Origin: a virus
DNA: 64,000 nt
Direction: 5' to 3' (one strand)
IMG/VR virus record: IMGVR_UViG_3300010370_000027
In this document: positions 27,385-37,471 of the stretch, piece after piece
Layout: every line of letters begins with the position of its first letter
Numbering within the stretch: position 1 is the stretch's first letter
Notes under the pieces: generated by a model
Database searches by the model: none
Seen by the model: the letters and a program-made list of their open reading frames with translations, nothing else
Told to the model about the DNA's origin: nothing
Position numbers and translations under genes: made by a program

Positions 27385-29328
27385 TCAAGAAGATTCAGTT
27401 AGCTTCTCAGGATCTTTTATGGATATTTTTACTGACTGTACTTTCTGATTGTCGAGATTGATGAATTGCAAAAGATAGTAGGAGTCTTTTTTGTCTGTTT
27501 GCGCTTCAACTACTTTATATGAAATATTTCTTTCATCCCTGACTTTAAGGTACTCGGGCGTAAAGTAAACGTCAAGCTTCTTAGAAGAGTCACCTGAGAC
27601 GGAAATAACGTCTTTAAAAGCGTCCATCCTAAGATTCATGTTGGGGTATTGCCTAGGAGACCCAGTATCACAAATAACTTCTGAGACTATCTTGTTTTTA
27701 TAAGGGTCGAAAGTAACCCTGTGCTGAGAAGAATAGTTGGATATCATTCCATGAGCATCGATGCTGCATATTGCGTAGATGTAGTCCGAAGATATGAAAA
27801 ATTCTGGGTCGACTGTAAAGTCTTCATCGACGTGCATGTAAACAGGATTTTCTGATACTTTCACCAAGAATTTATTATCTTGTGACATTTGTCCCAAATT
27901 ATTTGCATCTACGACTTCTCCTGTTTTATACCGAGTTGTTCCGCTACCAAAGTCTGTGTTGTCAAATCCGTACTGTGCAATTAGCTCAAAAGGTTCTCTT
28001 ATCGTCTTTCTTCTAAAGACTTGAAATTGCTTTACATCTTTCTGAGGATTGACAGGCATGTCCCAGTGAATTTTCAAATTTCTTTTCACGTAATCAAAAA
28101 CAAATCTAATATTATTGGGCTCAGGAGGCGGAGAATATTCATAGCATTCTACAGGAATTGAAACAGGTCTCGAGCTAACGTAGACAGTGGAAGAGTTAAC
28201 AGAAGACCCGTCTGAATTGTAGGTAAGAAGCTTGACGCTTGAAACCACTCTAACGGTATATACGTAAGTGACTCCGTAAAGAACAGAAACATCTTCAAGG
28301 TTTGTTTTTTGAATATCTTCTATGTAGAAGGTTTTTTCTTTTTCAAATCCTTCTCTGGTCACTTTGTATCTATCAACAATGTATCCAATCAATTTTACGG
28401 GTTGTGTGATCCTTGATGTCGACGTATCAGTGTAGTCATTTTGTACTGGGACCAGGCTCAGTCCTTCTCTATTTTTAAATCCTTTCAGCGCTTCAGAGTG
28501 AGAAACTCTTAGAGCTTCTAGATTCGTGGAGTTCTTCTTTACTTTAGAATTTTTAAAGACGTCAGGTATTATTGTGTTGCTTATCTTCATCGACAAAGAT
28601 ACTGAGTCTGTTATTGATCTCAGAAGATCGTCTTCATCTACTTCAACTTTTCTTTCATCATAGACTCTTAGACCAAGAGAAGTCTTTGGGAAATCAGCCA
28701 GCTTAGCATAAGTTTCGGTTAGGTCTGCGGCAATTCTATTGACATTCAAGTTGTTAGTAGTCAAAGACGGAGATATTTCTTGTATCTGTACTTTTGACAT
28801 CTTAAAGAGACTTTCATCATCTCTTCTAGAGAGTCTACTGTAGTTCTCAATATCAGAGGCTCCCTGTTCTATTATCTCAACATTAGAGAACGTGTGATTG
28901 ATGTAACCGGGATTGAAAAAGTTGTCTTCAGATATTATCTTTTCGGCATTTTTCTCTATTGATAATCCTTTATTGCTTTGCTTTTCTAGGTCAAGTTTAT
29001 CAATTTCAAGGTTAGAATTTTGAGGAGATGTCCATCTTATTGATACGTACCTCGGTACTTTAGTGAGGTTATTTACAGAATTTTCAGCTGACGGACTAAT
29101 TCTTTCGTCTTTGGTGTAGAAGTTGTATACAAATTCTCCTCTATAATCGGTCACTTCAGGAACATTAACGTGATCAATTGAGGTAGAAGGATCTGAAACT
29201 TTATTCTTAGAATACTGGTATGACTTCCCGATGTCTGAGGCAGGTATTCCTGACTCTTCGTAAAGGTCTACTATGTTTTGACCTGGGCTTTCAATTCTTC
29301 TAACGTCTGAAATTATTGATCGGACCAT
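27385..29328 (-). CDS. Structural protein with FN3/Ig-like domains
   Basis: PPPEPNNI..LKIHWDMP..FQVFRR..YIYAICSIDAHG.ISNYS and GVTYVYTVRVV. Confidence 0.65.
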   Translation of the reverse strand: MVRSIISDVRRIESPGQNIVDLYEESGIPASDIGKSYQYSKNKVSDPSTSIDHVNVPEVTDYRGEFVYNFYTKDERISPSAENSVNNLTKVPRYVSIRWTSPQNSNLEIDKLDLEKQSNKGLSIEKNAEKIISEDNFFNPGYINHTFSNVEIIEQGASDIENYSRLSRRDDESLFKMSKVQIQEISPSLTTNNLNVNRIAADLTETYAKLADFPKTSLGLRVYDERKVEVDEDDLLRSITDSVSLSMKISNTIIPDVFKNSKVKKNSTNLEALRVSHSEALKGFKNREGLSLVPVQNDYTDTSTSRITQPVKLIGYIVDRYKVTREGFEKEKTFYIEDIQKTNLEDVSVLYGVTYVYTVRVVSSVKLLTYNSDGSSVNSSTVYVSSRPVSIPVECYEYSPPPEPNNIRFVFDYVKRNLKIHWDMPVNPQKDVKQFQVFRRKTIREPFELIAQYGFDNTDFGSGTTRYKTGEVVDANNLGQMSQDNKFLVKVSENPVYMHVDEDFTVDPEFFISSDYIYAICSIDAHGMISNYSSQHRVTFDPYKNKIVSEVICDTGSPRQYPNMNLRMDAFKDVISVSGDSSKKLDVYFTPEYLKVRDERNISYKVVEAQTDKKDSYYLLQFINLDNQKVQSVKISIKDPEKLTESS

Positions 29329-29339
29329 TTTTAAGCCTC

Positions 29340-32300
29340 TTATTGCTGAGCATAGTCATAAGGTTCTATCGTGACAAAGTATTCGTCAAGAGTAACATCT
29401 CCGGGAGAAGTATCCCTGTGCTTGTAGGGAAAAGAGCTCTTTGATGTTCCTTGATCTCCTCCTACAAGCATTCCTAGATTTTTCAAAGACTCAAGCGTTG
29501 TCTTTGCAGAAACAGAATCGTCTACATAGAAATCATCTGGGTCGAAGATGACATTAAAGACTCTATCGAATTTTTTCATATAGCTCATTCTTCTCTTGAT
29601 TGTCTCTACATTTGTAACAAATGTTTCGTTTTCAAAGTAAGAAAGAAGAGTGTTGTCCATGGGGATAACATAAGACTTAGTGTTTGCTGAGGTAGTAGAG
29701 CTTGCTAATTTCTCGTCTACGTTAGGAGACTTTACAGAAATATCAAAAGTTTCACCGCTTGTAGGATCTGTAAATCTTGCTTTTACTTGCTGCGAGATGT
29801 CTTGACCAAGCGACATCTTTTTTGCAAAATTAACATAAGATTTAAACTGTTCTTCTGAAGCAGTAGAAGAATCCTTTATGTTGGAAAAATTGTTATATCT
29901 GCTCTCGTCAAAGTGAATATCTGTAAACCACCTAAGATATTCTTCGGAAAGAAAACTAATGGAATGGTTGATGTATAGATGAAATTTTTCTTCATCTAGC
30001 AGTATGTTTCCGTAAATGTTTGAAGGAAATGCTTCAGTGAAATCTTTGTGAACAGAAATATTTCCGTTCGGGGAGACAAGCTTGCTTGGCATGTTAAGCA
30101 AGTTAAAATCGTCTTCAATAAATGAAGAATAATTCCAGTTGCTAATAACTCTTGTTGGAAATCTATTCATTTCAAACAAGTAGGTCTTGGGCAAATACAC
30201 CACGTCTGGATGGAGTCTATCCAGCTTATACACTTTGATCTTGATAAGGCTTTGCTTTATTGCCTTCTCTCCCCCGGACGAAGATCTCAATATTGTTCTT
30301 AAATTTCTATTGAGCCTTGGAGGTATTCCTACTGACAATATCTTTTTATTGTTACCTTTCTCCTTTAAGAATTCAACTGACTTGAAGTAAGGAGAAAGCA
30401 TCGTATAAGAGATTATGTCTGTTTCATTAATAGGTAAAAACTCAGTAAAACCTACAGGGAAATCTGTGAAAGAAGGAATTGACTTTAGCTTGCCTTCTAG
30501 ATCATTAGATTCTTTTATCCTGTCTCCTATCTCGGACATAACGTAGCGAGAAAGCCTTATTTGCTCCTCAGAAAAAGAAAGATTCAGCAAAGAAACTTTT
30601 TGATTTTTGTCAAGATTGTCATCTGCATCGTAAAGACTCTTGATGCTAGCAATGTGCGACTCGAAATTATTCTTCAAGAACGTTCTAAAGAAATTAAGAC
30701 TTGTACCCAGATCTAGCAAGTACTTTCTAAAGACTGCAACTTGCCTTATGATAGAGTCATCTTCTGACTTCAAAAAACTGATAGCATCAGAAAGTTTCTT
30801 AACGTACTTTTTTGGCTTGTGTCCAGTTTTTATGTATCTTGCATTGTAGATCTCATTGAGCTGATTCTTAGCGACAGGGCTGATTAGAAATCCAGTCTCT
30901 GATATTGTAATCGTCTTAAAAGACGAACTATATTCATATGAAGTGCTATAAGATCCCAGCAGGTTCTCAGGAGTCTGAGAAGAAATTACTCTCAATATCA
31001 GGTCAAAGTATCCAAAGATATAGCCGATCTTTGATATTCCAGAGTATCCCGTGTAATCTCCCGTAAAAAAGAAATTTACGTTAAGTAACTCTTTAAAAAT
31101 AGAGATAATTTCAGACCATAATCCTTTGTCTGCATCTAACTGGAATATTCTACTACTGACCGACTGAACGTAAGTTATGAGAGCAGCTTTTTTCTCTCTA
31201 ACAGCCTCTGTATCGTTAGAAGACTCCGCGTAAGTTCCTATGTCAGGTGAGTTTCCGACAGAAAAAGGAAATGTTCGTGCTTCTTTTGATGCAGCTATTA
31301 TTTCTTGACCTGTCGTATTTACAGTTATTGATGAAAAATAAGAAGAAATTCTATTCTTTAGATCACTTATAGTCGATTCATTGCCAATAGAAGGATCTAA
31401 TTGCTTTAATGCAACGTTTAAAAGCCAAAGAAAGAGTAGTGACTTTAGCTTATTTGAAGTTCTTTCATAATTTTTAGTTGGATAAACTGCAGCTTTACAG
31501 ATAAGAGAGACTAACCTTATACCAATAGACTCACTGGTGGTTAGACCGAAACCTGTTCTCATATAAGAAGCATCTAGAGAATTTATTTCATCAGCAGAAG
31601 AGATGACCATGCATTTTTGGTACGTGGTTGCAACATTAGAAAATCTGTCAACAAGACTTTCAAGAGATACTAGGCCTTCATACTTTCTCCTGTAGTCTTC
31701 ATTAACTCCAGAGACATTAGAGTTTCTTTGTATGTTGTAGCCTAAAATGTCAATGATTGTCTTGGTTGTATCGTGTGCTTCTTTTGTTTTTCCAATTAAT
31801 TTGTCAAGACGAGAAATATCAAAAGACGTCCCGTCTTGAGTCGTTAAAGAGCTATCAATGTAATAGTTCGAACCAGGTGTAATACCTGATCCTTCGATCA
31901 CGTTATTTTCAAAAGTTAAAACGTCGTAAGAGTCATCTCCTTGTGAGACAATCTCTTGAGAAAAAGAAGAAAGAGACTTTCCTTTTCCTGTCGGGTTTTT
32001 TGAAAATTCAAGAATAGACTTTGGAAATCTTCCAACAACGTAATCCCATAGCTGCAAGTTATCACCTACAGGTGAAGACCTGTATCCGAACTTGTACTCT
32101 ATGTTAGATGAATTTTCCGGGTTTAGGATGTAAACTGAATAGATGGCTTCTTTAAAGACTGAGTTTGAAGCTATCGATATGTCTCTTCCTGAGTCTGAAT
32201 ATGAACCCAGCAAGTTGTTTAAAACTTTTGCTGTTAAGCTCTTTGACTTGATGTTGTTAGTTACGTTGATCTCAGAAAGATTGACGTATTTTTTATCGTC

Positions 32301-33275
32301 AAACCTAGACATCTCAGTAATATTGTCTTCTATCTTTTCGAATGAAGTAACTTCCTGTAGACTTGGAAGGTCTGAATAGGGATTTAACCATATTCTTTTT
32401 ATTCCTTCAGGTTGATTTTCTATGTCTGAAAGCTCGAATGGATCACTGTCTGTTTTTGTATTTTTTCTATTAACTTTCGTAGAAGTTAAGTCTGGGCTGT
32501 GTGTCAAGAGAGATCTTTTTAACTCTACGAGAGACTGATTCCAGAGCTTTGACTCTGTAAATTTAGCTATGTTTTCTGAGCTGTAGCCTGCTCTCTTCAG
32601 TATCTCATACAGACTACCAATTGAATCTCTGGTGGCGAAGCTTGGTATTGAATAAGAGCTTAAGTCTAGTGCTTCAAGTGCTTTTGAAGTAGTGTTAGAA
32701 AGCTGATTTAGAAAAGAGTCTTCTTTTGAGATATAGAAAGACAGCTCTTCTTTGTTAGATTTGATAAATGACTTAGTATCAATGCTTTGAGAGAGAATAT
32801 TGATGGCAGTCTTTGCATTAATGATCTTTGAATTTTCTTTTAAACTCAAAGCTTTTCCTTGATCACTTTTTTGATTACTGGAAAAGATAGGAATAAACTC
32901 GGACATCAGTATTACACTGGGTTCTGTCTCTACGATTCCCGTGTATTGAGAAAAAACTTTCTGATTTGAATTTGAAGGAGATGTTACCTCTAGATCAACG
33001 GAATCTTGAAAAAGATTTGGTATCTCTAACTGCTTGTGAAGTATTGGTGGTTTGATTGAAACTATGGGTAATTTATTAGCTACGCTACTTAAGCTAGAAG
33101 CAAATTCCTCTATTCTTGCAGAAGAAAATAAGCTCTGTGCATTCTGCTGATTAAAATTTGTCGAAGAATTGGCTTTCGAAGGTGTCGGAGAAGCACTCGT
33201 GACGGGGGTAGAATGAAGTGTAGTAGAAGGTATCTTCGATGCCGTTCCGCTAAACAATTTTGAAGATTTAATCAT
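29340..33275 (-). CDS. Large Ser-rich hypothetical structural protein (1311 aa)
   Basis: Long ORF in the tail cluster with an S/T/P-rich N-terminus. No catalytic motif recognised. Confidence 0.7.
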   Translation of the reverse strand: MIKSSKLFSGTASKIPSTTLHSTPVTSASPTPSKANSSTNFNQQNAQSLFSSARIEEFASSLSSVANKLPIVSIKPPILHKQLEIPNLFQDSVDLEVTSPSNSNQKVFSQYTGIVETEPSVILMSEFIPIFSSNQKSDQGKALSLKENSKIINAKTAINILSQSIDTKSFIKSNKEELSFYISKEDSFLNQLSNTTSKALEALDLSSYSIPSFATRDSIGSLYEILKRAGYSSENIAKFTESKLWNQSLVELKRSLLTHSPDLTSTKVNRKNTKTDSDPFELSDIENQPEGIKRIWLNPYSDLPSLQEVTSFEKIEDNITEMSRFDDKKYVNLSEINVTNNIKSKSLTAKVLNNLLGSYSDSGRDISIASNSVFKEAIYSVYILNPENSSNIEYKFGYRSSPVGDNLQLWDYVVGRFPKSILEFSKNPTGKGKSLSSFSQEIVSQGDDSYDVLTFENNVIEGSGITPGSNYYIDSSLTTQDGTSFDISRLDKLIGKTKEAHDTTKTIIDILGYNIQRNSNVSGVNEDYRRKYEGLVSLESLVDRFSNVATTYQKCMVISSADEINSLDASYMRTGFGLTTSESIGIRLVSLICKAAVYPTKNYERTSNKLKSLLFLWLLNVALKQLDPSIGNESTISDLKNRISSYFSSITVNTTGQEIIAASKEARTFPFSVGNSPDIGTYAESSNDTEAVREKKAALITYVQSVSSRIFQLDADKGLWSEIISIFKELLNVNFFFTGDYTGYSGISKIGYIFGYFDLILRVISSQTPENLLGSYSTSYEYSSSFKTITISETGFLISPVAKNQLNEIYNARYIKTGHKPKKYVKKLSDAISFLKSEDDSIIRQVAVFRKYLLDLGTSLNFFRTFLKNNFESHIASIKSLYDADDNLDKNQKVSLLNLSFSEEQIRLSRYVMSEIGDRIKESNDLEGKLKSIPSFTDFPVGFTEFLPINETDIISYTMLSPYFKSVEFLKEKGNNKKILSVGIPPRLNRNLRTILRSSSGGEKAIKQSLIKIKVYKLDRLHPDVVYLPKTYLFEMNRFPTRVISNWNYSSFIEDDFNLLNMPSKLVSPNGNISVHKDFTEAFPSNIYGNILLDEEKFHLYINHSISFLSEEYLRWFTDIHFDESRYNNFSNIKDSSTASEEQFKSYVNFAKKMSLGQDISQQVKARFTDPTSGETFDISVKSPNVDEKLASSTTSANTKSYVIPMDNTLLSYFENETFVTNVETIKRRMSYMKKFDRVFNVIFDPDDFYVDDSVSAKTTLESLKNLGMLVGGDQGTSKSSFPYKHRDTSPGDVTLDEYFVTIEPYDYAQQ

Positions 33276-33298
33276 TTTTATTGCCCTGATGTTTCTCT

Positions 33299-35974
33299 TT
33301 AAAATTTCTTTATCAATTTATTTTGCATAATCGAAGAAAGCAACGACTTGTTCTTCTCTGCACTAAAGAGACCGTCTTTTACTTTTGAAACCGTGTCATT
33401 TGATAAAGAAGTGCCTGAGGTCGTCGCCTTAATTCTAGGTGTTATTCCTTCTGGAGAGATGTAAATTACATCTGAATAACCGGGAGAGTCTATGTCAAAT
33501 TCCGACATGATCGGAACTATTATGTAGTACAAGGATCCAACATCATTCTCTGAAAGTTGATGATAGATGTAATTTTTGCAGGTTCTTCCAACAAAACTTC
33601 TTACACCATTTACTACTTTCATCACAATGAATGAATCAATCAAATCTTGTGAATTATTTTCAGATGTCCAGCTTAGCTTCACTGTATTGACATCCACCCT
33701 ATCGAGATTTATTTGACTTATTGAAAAATATTGGGTAGAACCATCTGTTTGGTACTGTGCAGTTATTCCGAAAGGCTCTGAAGTAAAATTATCGTATGCA
33801 TCCACGACAGGTGTTCCCTGTGTGTCATCGGCATATAGCTTCCCGAGCTTAACAACAGGCTGTTTCCATTTGTAAGGAAGATAAAACCATTCTCTTCCTT
33901 TCACGTCTATTCCTCTTGCAACAAATTTTTTGAAGATTTCTATAGGATTCTTCTTGTATGTGAAAACTTGATAGCTGTAAACATGCTGAGGATTTATGGG
34001 CTTTATGTTTGAAAGTATCTGAGTTTCTTGATTATCTTTGAAAGTTCCATCAGATACAAGCTCAAAAGTCTCCCTCTCAGAAGTATTTAAGTTTGTTCTT
34101 ACAACCTCATGAAAAAATAAATTCGAATACTGCGGAATTCCCTTGTCTCCCTCTCCAAGAGGCGAGGATGAGTTAGTAGCAGGATTCAAATATTGATCAT
34201 AAACTTCACCTAATTGATCCTTTAGAGTTTGAGTTATTTTTTCATTTTCAGACTTTGAAATGCTTGTCGACAAATCAAATGTAACTTCGTAAGACTCTCC
34301 TGAATTTTTCATAGAAGGATTGGACAATTTTACGTTTATTGATCCTTCTGAAAATGATCCGTGAGAATTTCTAAAAATAGCATAATTTGAAAAATTAGGC
34401 TTTTCTTCTTTCGTTTCATTAGAAAGACTGATTGCTATAACGTAATACTCGTATGTTCTTCCAATCTCTGTTGACTGGTCTGTGATAACAGCATTGACAC
34501 CGGGTTTGTCAAATTTTATAGATTCAATAGCATAGAAAGAACCGTCAATGTTGTCGGTACAGTCTCTTCTATACAAAGTCAAAGAAATACAGTCATTTGG
34601 AATGTTAAGAACATCTATTTTTATCTGATTTTTCCCAAAGTGACTGGGTAATATCGTTAGATTTCCGATGCTTTTATGCCCAGAACCTACAACTATATTC
34701 GTAAAAACATTTGACTCTTTATTCTGAGAATCGGTTGGTATCACCCTGATAACTGAAAGTTTAGACTTAGCAAAAAATTTATACTCAGTTATCTTTTCGT
34801 TTTTTACCTCTCCCAGCTTCTGATAAGAACTAGCAGAACCTTGTTCATCTACTGATTTTATGTAAATATTGTATCCTTGAATTTTGCCAGGTACTTCTCT
34901 GTCAACTATTGTTAGAACGTGGATATTCTTATTTTGATAAGAAACTTTTAAGTCGGGAGGTGTTGAAATACATTCAAATGCTTCGACATGACTTGGTACA
35001 AACAAGTCTGTGGAGTAAGTTTCTTCAACTACATTAGATCCAATTCTATAAAGATCAAATCTTACTGTTAGATTTAGATTCTTATTTCCTTTTAAGATTG
35101 GAATTAATTGACTTACTTCTAAGTCTTCAACATTTTTTGTTGTAACTCTCTTGTCGTACCAAACCGCTGTTTCTTCAACTGTTCCCGGTGGAACGTCATT
35201 TAAATAATATTTTGCAATATCGAAGAAAAGAGCAGGTCTACCCTTTGATATTTCAGACATTCTTAGTCTGGGATTGTCAATAAGGGACTCAGACGTAAGA
35301 CCTTTTATAGTGTCTTCAGTGACTGGCTGTGTTATGTCACAAAGCTCAGAATTAATTCTTCCAATGACAAAGAAAGGATTTATCCTTGAAGTATCTTGAT
35401 CATTAACTGTGGAGGAATTTTCGTCTGCAACAAGTTCATTTCTGAGTTTTGAATCTCTGTTTCTTGCTTCCTGTATGTTTCTTTTATATGTGTCTGCATA
35501 TAGTTCAACAAAACTGTATTTTTCAGTGAGGGCTTCACTCACAAGAGAAGAAATGGGAACGTTAGTCTGAGAAATAAACTGTTCTTTTTTCTGTATGTCT
35601 TTGACTAATTGCAATCCTGAATATAGCTTTTTAGTAACTTTGCTGGGTAGAGATGGAGAAGATAATGATTGATTAAGCCCAGATGTCATTCTGTTTTTCA
35701 ATGAAACATTTGGTACTTTTTCCATCACTGAATTGGCAACACTAGAAAACATAGAAGAAGCAGAAGCTTCTTCAGTTTCTTTTCTTTTGACAGTTATTAC
35801 TACTTTTTCATAATCTTCAGGATTTTTCCTTGTATTTGTAAGAGAAATTCTAAAGGAAAACTTGAAATTGAAAAATTCTTCGGTTTGTCCAACTATCTCT
35901 GCAAATGTATCATTATTGATCTTCAGAATAGAAGAAGATGTATCAAATACGGCAGGCTTTTGAAAAATTTTCAT
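33299..35974 (-). CDS. Structural protein with FN3/Ig-like repeats
   Basis: IQGYNIY, LYRRD..ITDQSTEIGRTYEYYVIA, VKLSW..YYIIVP. Confidence 0.65.
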   Translation of the reverse strand: MKIFQKPAVFDTSSSILKINNDTFAEIVGQTEEFFNFKFSFRISLTNTRKNPEDYEKVVITVKRKETEEASASSMFSSVANSVMEKVPNVSLKNRMTSGLNQSLSSPSLPSKVTKKLYSGLQLVKDIQKKEQFISQTNVPISSLVSEALTEKYSFVELYADTYKRNIQEARNRDSKLRNELVADENSSTVNDQDTSRINPFFVIGRINSELCDITQPVTEDTIKGLTSESLIDNPRLRMSEISKGRPALFFDIAKYYLNDVPPGTVEETAVWYDKRVTTKNVEDLEVSQLIPILKGNKNLNLTVRFDLYRIGSNVVEETYSTDLFVPSHVEAFECISTPPDLKVSYQNKNIHVLTIVDREVPGKIQGYNIYIKSVDEQGSASSYQKLGEVKNEKITEYKFFAKSKLSVIRVIPTDSQNKESNVFTNIVVGSGHKSIGNLTILPSHFGKNQIKIDVLNIPNDCISLTLYRRDCTDNIDGSFYAIESIKFDKPGVNAVITDQSTEIGRTYEYYVIAISLSNETKEEKPNFSNYAIFRNSHGSFSEGSINVKLSNPSMKNSGESYEVTFDLSTSISKSENEKITQTLKDQLGEVYDQYLNPATNSSSPLGEGDKGIPQYSNLFFHEVVRTNLNTSERETFELVSDGTFKDNQETQILSNIKPINPQHVYSYQVFTYKKNPIEIFKKFVARGIDVKGREWFYLPYKWKQPVVKLGKLYADDTQGTPVVDAYDNFTSEPFGITAQYQTDGSTQYFSISQINLDRVDVNTVKLSWTSENNSQDLIDSFIVMKVVNGVRSFVGRTCKNYIYHQLSENDVGSLYYIIVPIMSEFDIDSPGYSDVIYISPEGITPRIKATTSGTSLSNDTVSKVKDGLFSAEKNKSLLSSIMQNKLIKKF

Positions 35975-37422
35975 TTAACGACCTCGACCGACTTCCTGTC
36001 ATCTCTTGAAAAAATCAGAGTAAACATGTTAACAAAACAAGTTGTCCCTCTGTTGTCCAAGAACGTCTTTCCTACAAAGAAGACTCTATTGTTATCAGGA
36101 GAACTTTCTTGCATATCATTTGAAATGTTTCCAAAATCAACGATGTCTAACTTGCTGACGTTGTTGCTTGTAACTTCAAAAAATTGCCCAATAATTCTGT
36201 TCTTCTTAGAAGTTACGTTAAAGTATACGGGTATTTGAGTCTCTTCATACGATTTAACTTCTTCCATAAGCTTAGAAAACGTAAGCTTCTTCTCATTGTC
36301 TCCCCAAGACGGGTAATTACCAAGAAAATAAGGAGATAAATTTTCTATCTTTGACTTGTCTGGTAGTAACGAGTCTGAAGTCTTGACAATCGGCGGGAGA
36401 TACATAAAATTTTCTAAGTGGCTCATCTTGTTATCGTTAAAAAGAGAGTCAATAGAATTGAGTGTGGGAGGTGATTCTTTAAAAGATTTTAAAACTTTTG
36501 TAGAAGATCGAGAAAGATCAAAAGTCAAATCTTCCGTAGATAGAATGAATTGATCGTCTTCAAAAAGTCTATCGATGCTTGCTATCGTCTGTAAATCTAG
36601 GAAATTGTCCAATGATGAAGTTAAGATGCCCTTTATCTGTGTGGCAAAAGAAGCATTTTCAATTTCATCAACAAGTAATTTTCCACCAATTGCACCCTCT
36701 TCTATCAAGAGAGGAGAAGAAAGTGTACCTGTTGCAAAAATTTTTGTTCCAACAAAAGTGTCTAAGACATCAAGATAGACAGAATCATTTACAGCCCTGC
36801 AAGAAACATTTGGACCACCTATGTTCTTTAGACCATCAATCGCTCCTGAAATAGCAGTAGAAAATTCTTTTGGACCAACTCCTCCACGAGTTCCAACATA
36901 AGCTACGAAAGGTCCGCCCAGTGCGGGAGAAATAACTTGGTATGATCCGCCTTGAAGACTTGATCTGACTAAGATACTTCCTGTTATTCCCAGAGTATCT
37001 GAATAAATGAATCCTTTGTTGTCATCATTGACATTTTCAGATATTAAAGAAGTCTTTACTCTTCTTCCGTGATGGTATTGATAGGCAGTCAATCTTCCGT
37101 TGACTATGGAGCCTTCAGAGTATTCTGAAGGTATATTTCCTCCAAGATTGCTAACTTTAATGTCATGAGATCTGAAAGGTACTAGCTTACCTTCATCATT
37201 CGCTTCAAAAGTTATTTGGTCTTGGGGGAGATTGCAAGCTTCAAAATAAATTCTTCCTGTTGGATCTTGATGACCATCCATTAAATCAGGAACATAAGAT
37301 ACACCTGAATCTGTAAAAGTGACATAAGAAACCTCAAATGTTCCTTCTGCCATTTGTCGTCTACCTTCAGACGTAAGGATGGCATCAATTATTCTCGACT
37401 TGCTATCTAAAATTCCGCTCAT
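35971..37422 (-). CDS. Putative baseplate/tail protein, N-terminal paralogue of 26557..27309
   Basis: MSGILDSKSRIIDAILTSEGRRQMA versus MGYLDHSTNNIILDAVLTDYGRQRLA. Confidence 0.65.
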   Translation of the reverse strand: MSGILDSKSRIIDAILTSEGRRQMAEGTFEVSYVTFTDSGVSYVPDLMDGHQDPTGRIYFEACNLPQDQITFEANDEGKLVPFRSHDIKVSNLGGNIPSEYSEGSIVNGRLTAYQYHHGRRVKTSLISENVNDDNKGFIYSDTLGITGSILVRSSLQGGSYQVISPALGGPFVAYVGTRGGVGPKEFSTAISGAIDGLKNIGGPNVSCRAVNDSVYLDVLDTFVGTKIFATGTLSSPLLIEEGAIGGKLLVDEIENASFATQIKGILTSSLDNFLDLQTIASIDRLFEDDQFILSTEDLTFDLSRSSTKVLKSFKESPPTLNSIDSLFNDNKMSHLENFMYLPPIVKTSDSLLPDKSKIENLSPYFLGNYPSWGDNEKKLTFSKLMEEVKSYEETQIPVYFNVTSKKNRIIGQFFEVTSNNVSKLDIVDFGNISNDMQESSPDNNRVFFVGKTFLDNRGTTCFVNMFTLIFSRDDRKSVEVVK

Positions 37423-37471
37423 TGCTCTTTAGGAAAATATGGCGAGACATCAATATCTAGCCACCTTTAGA

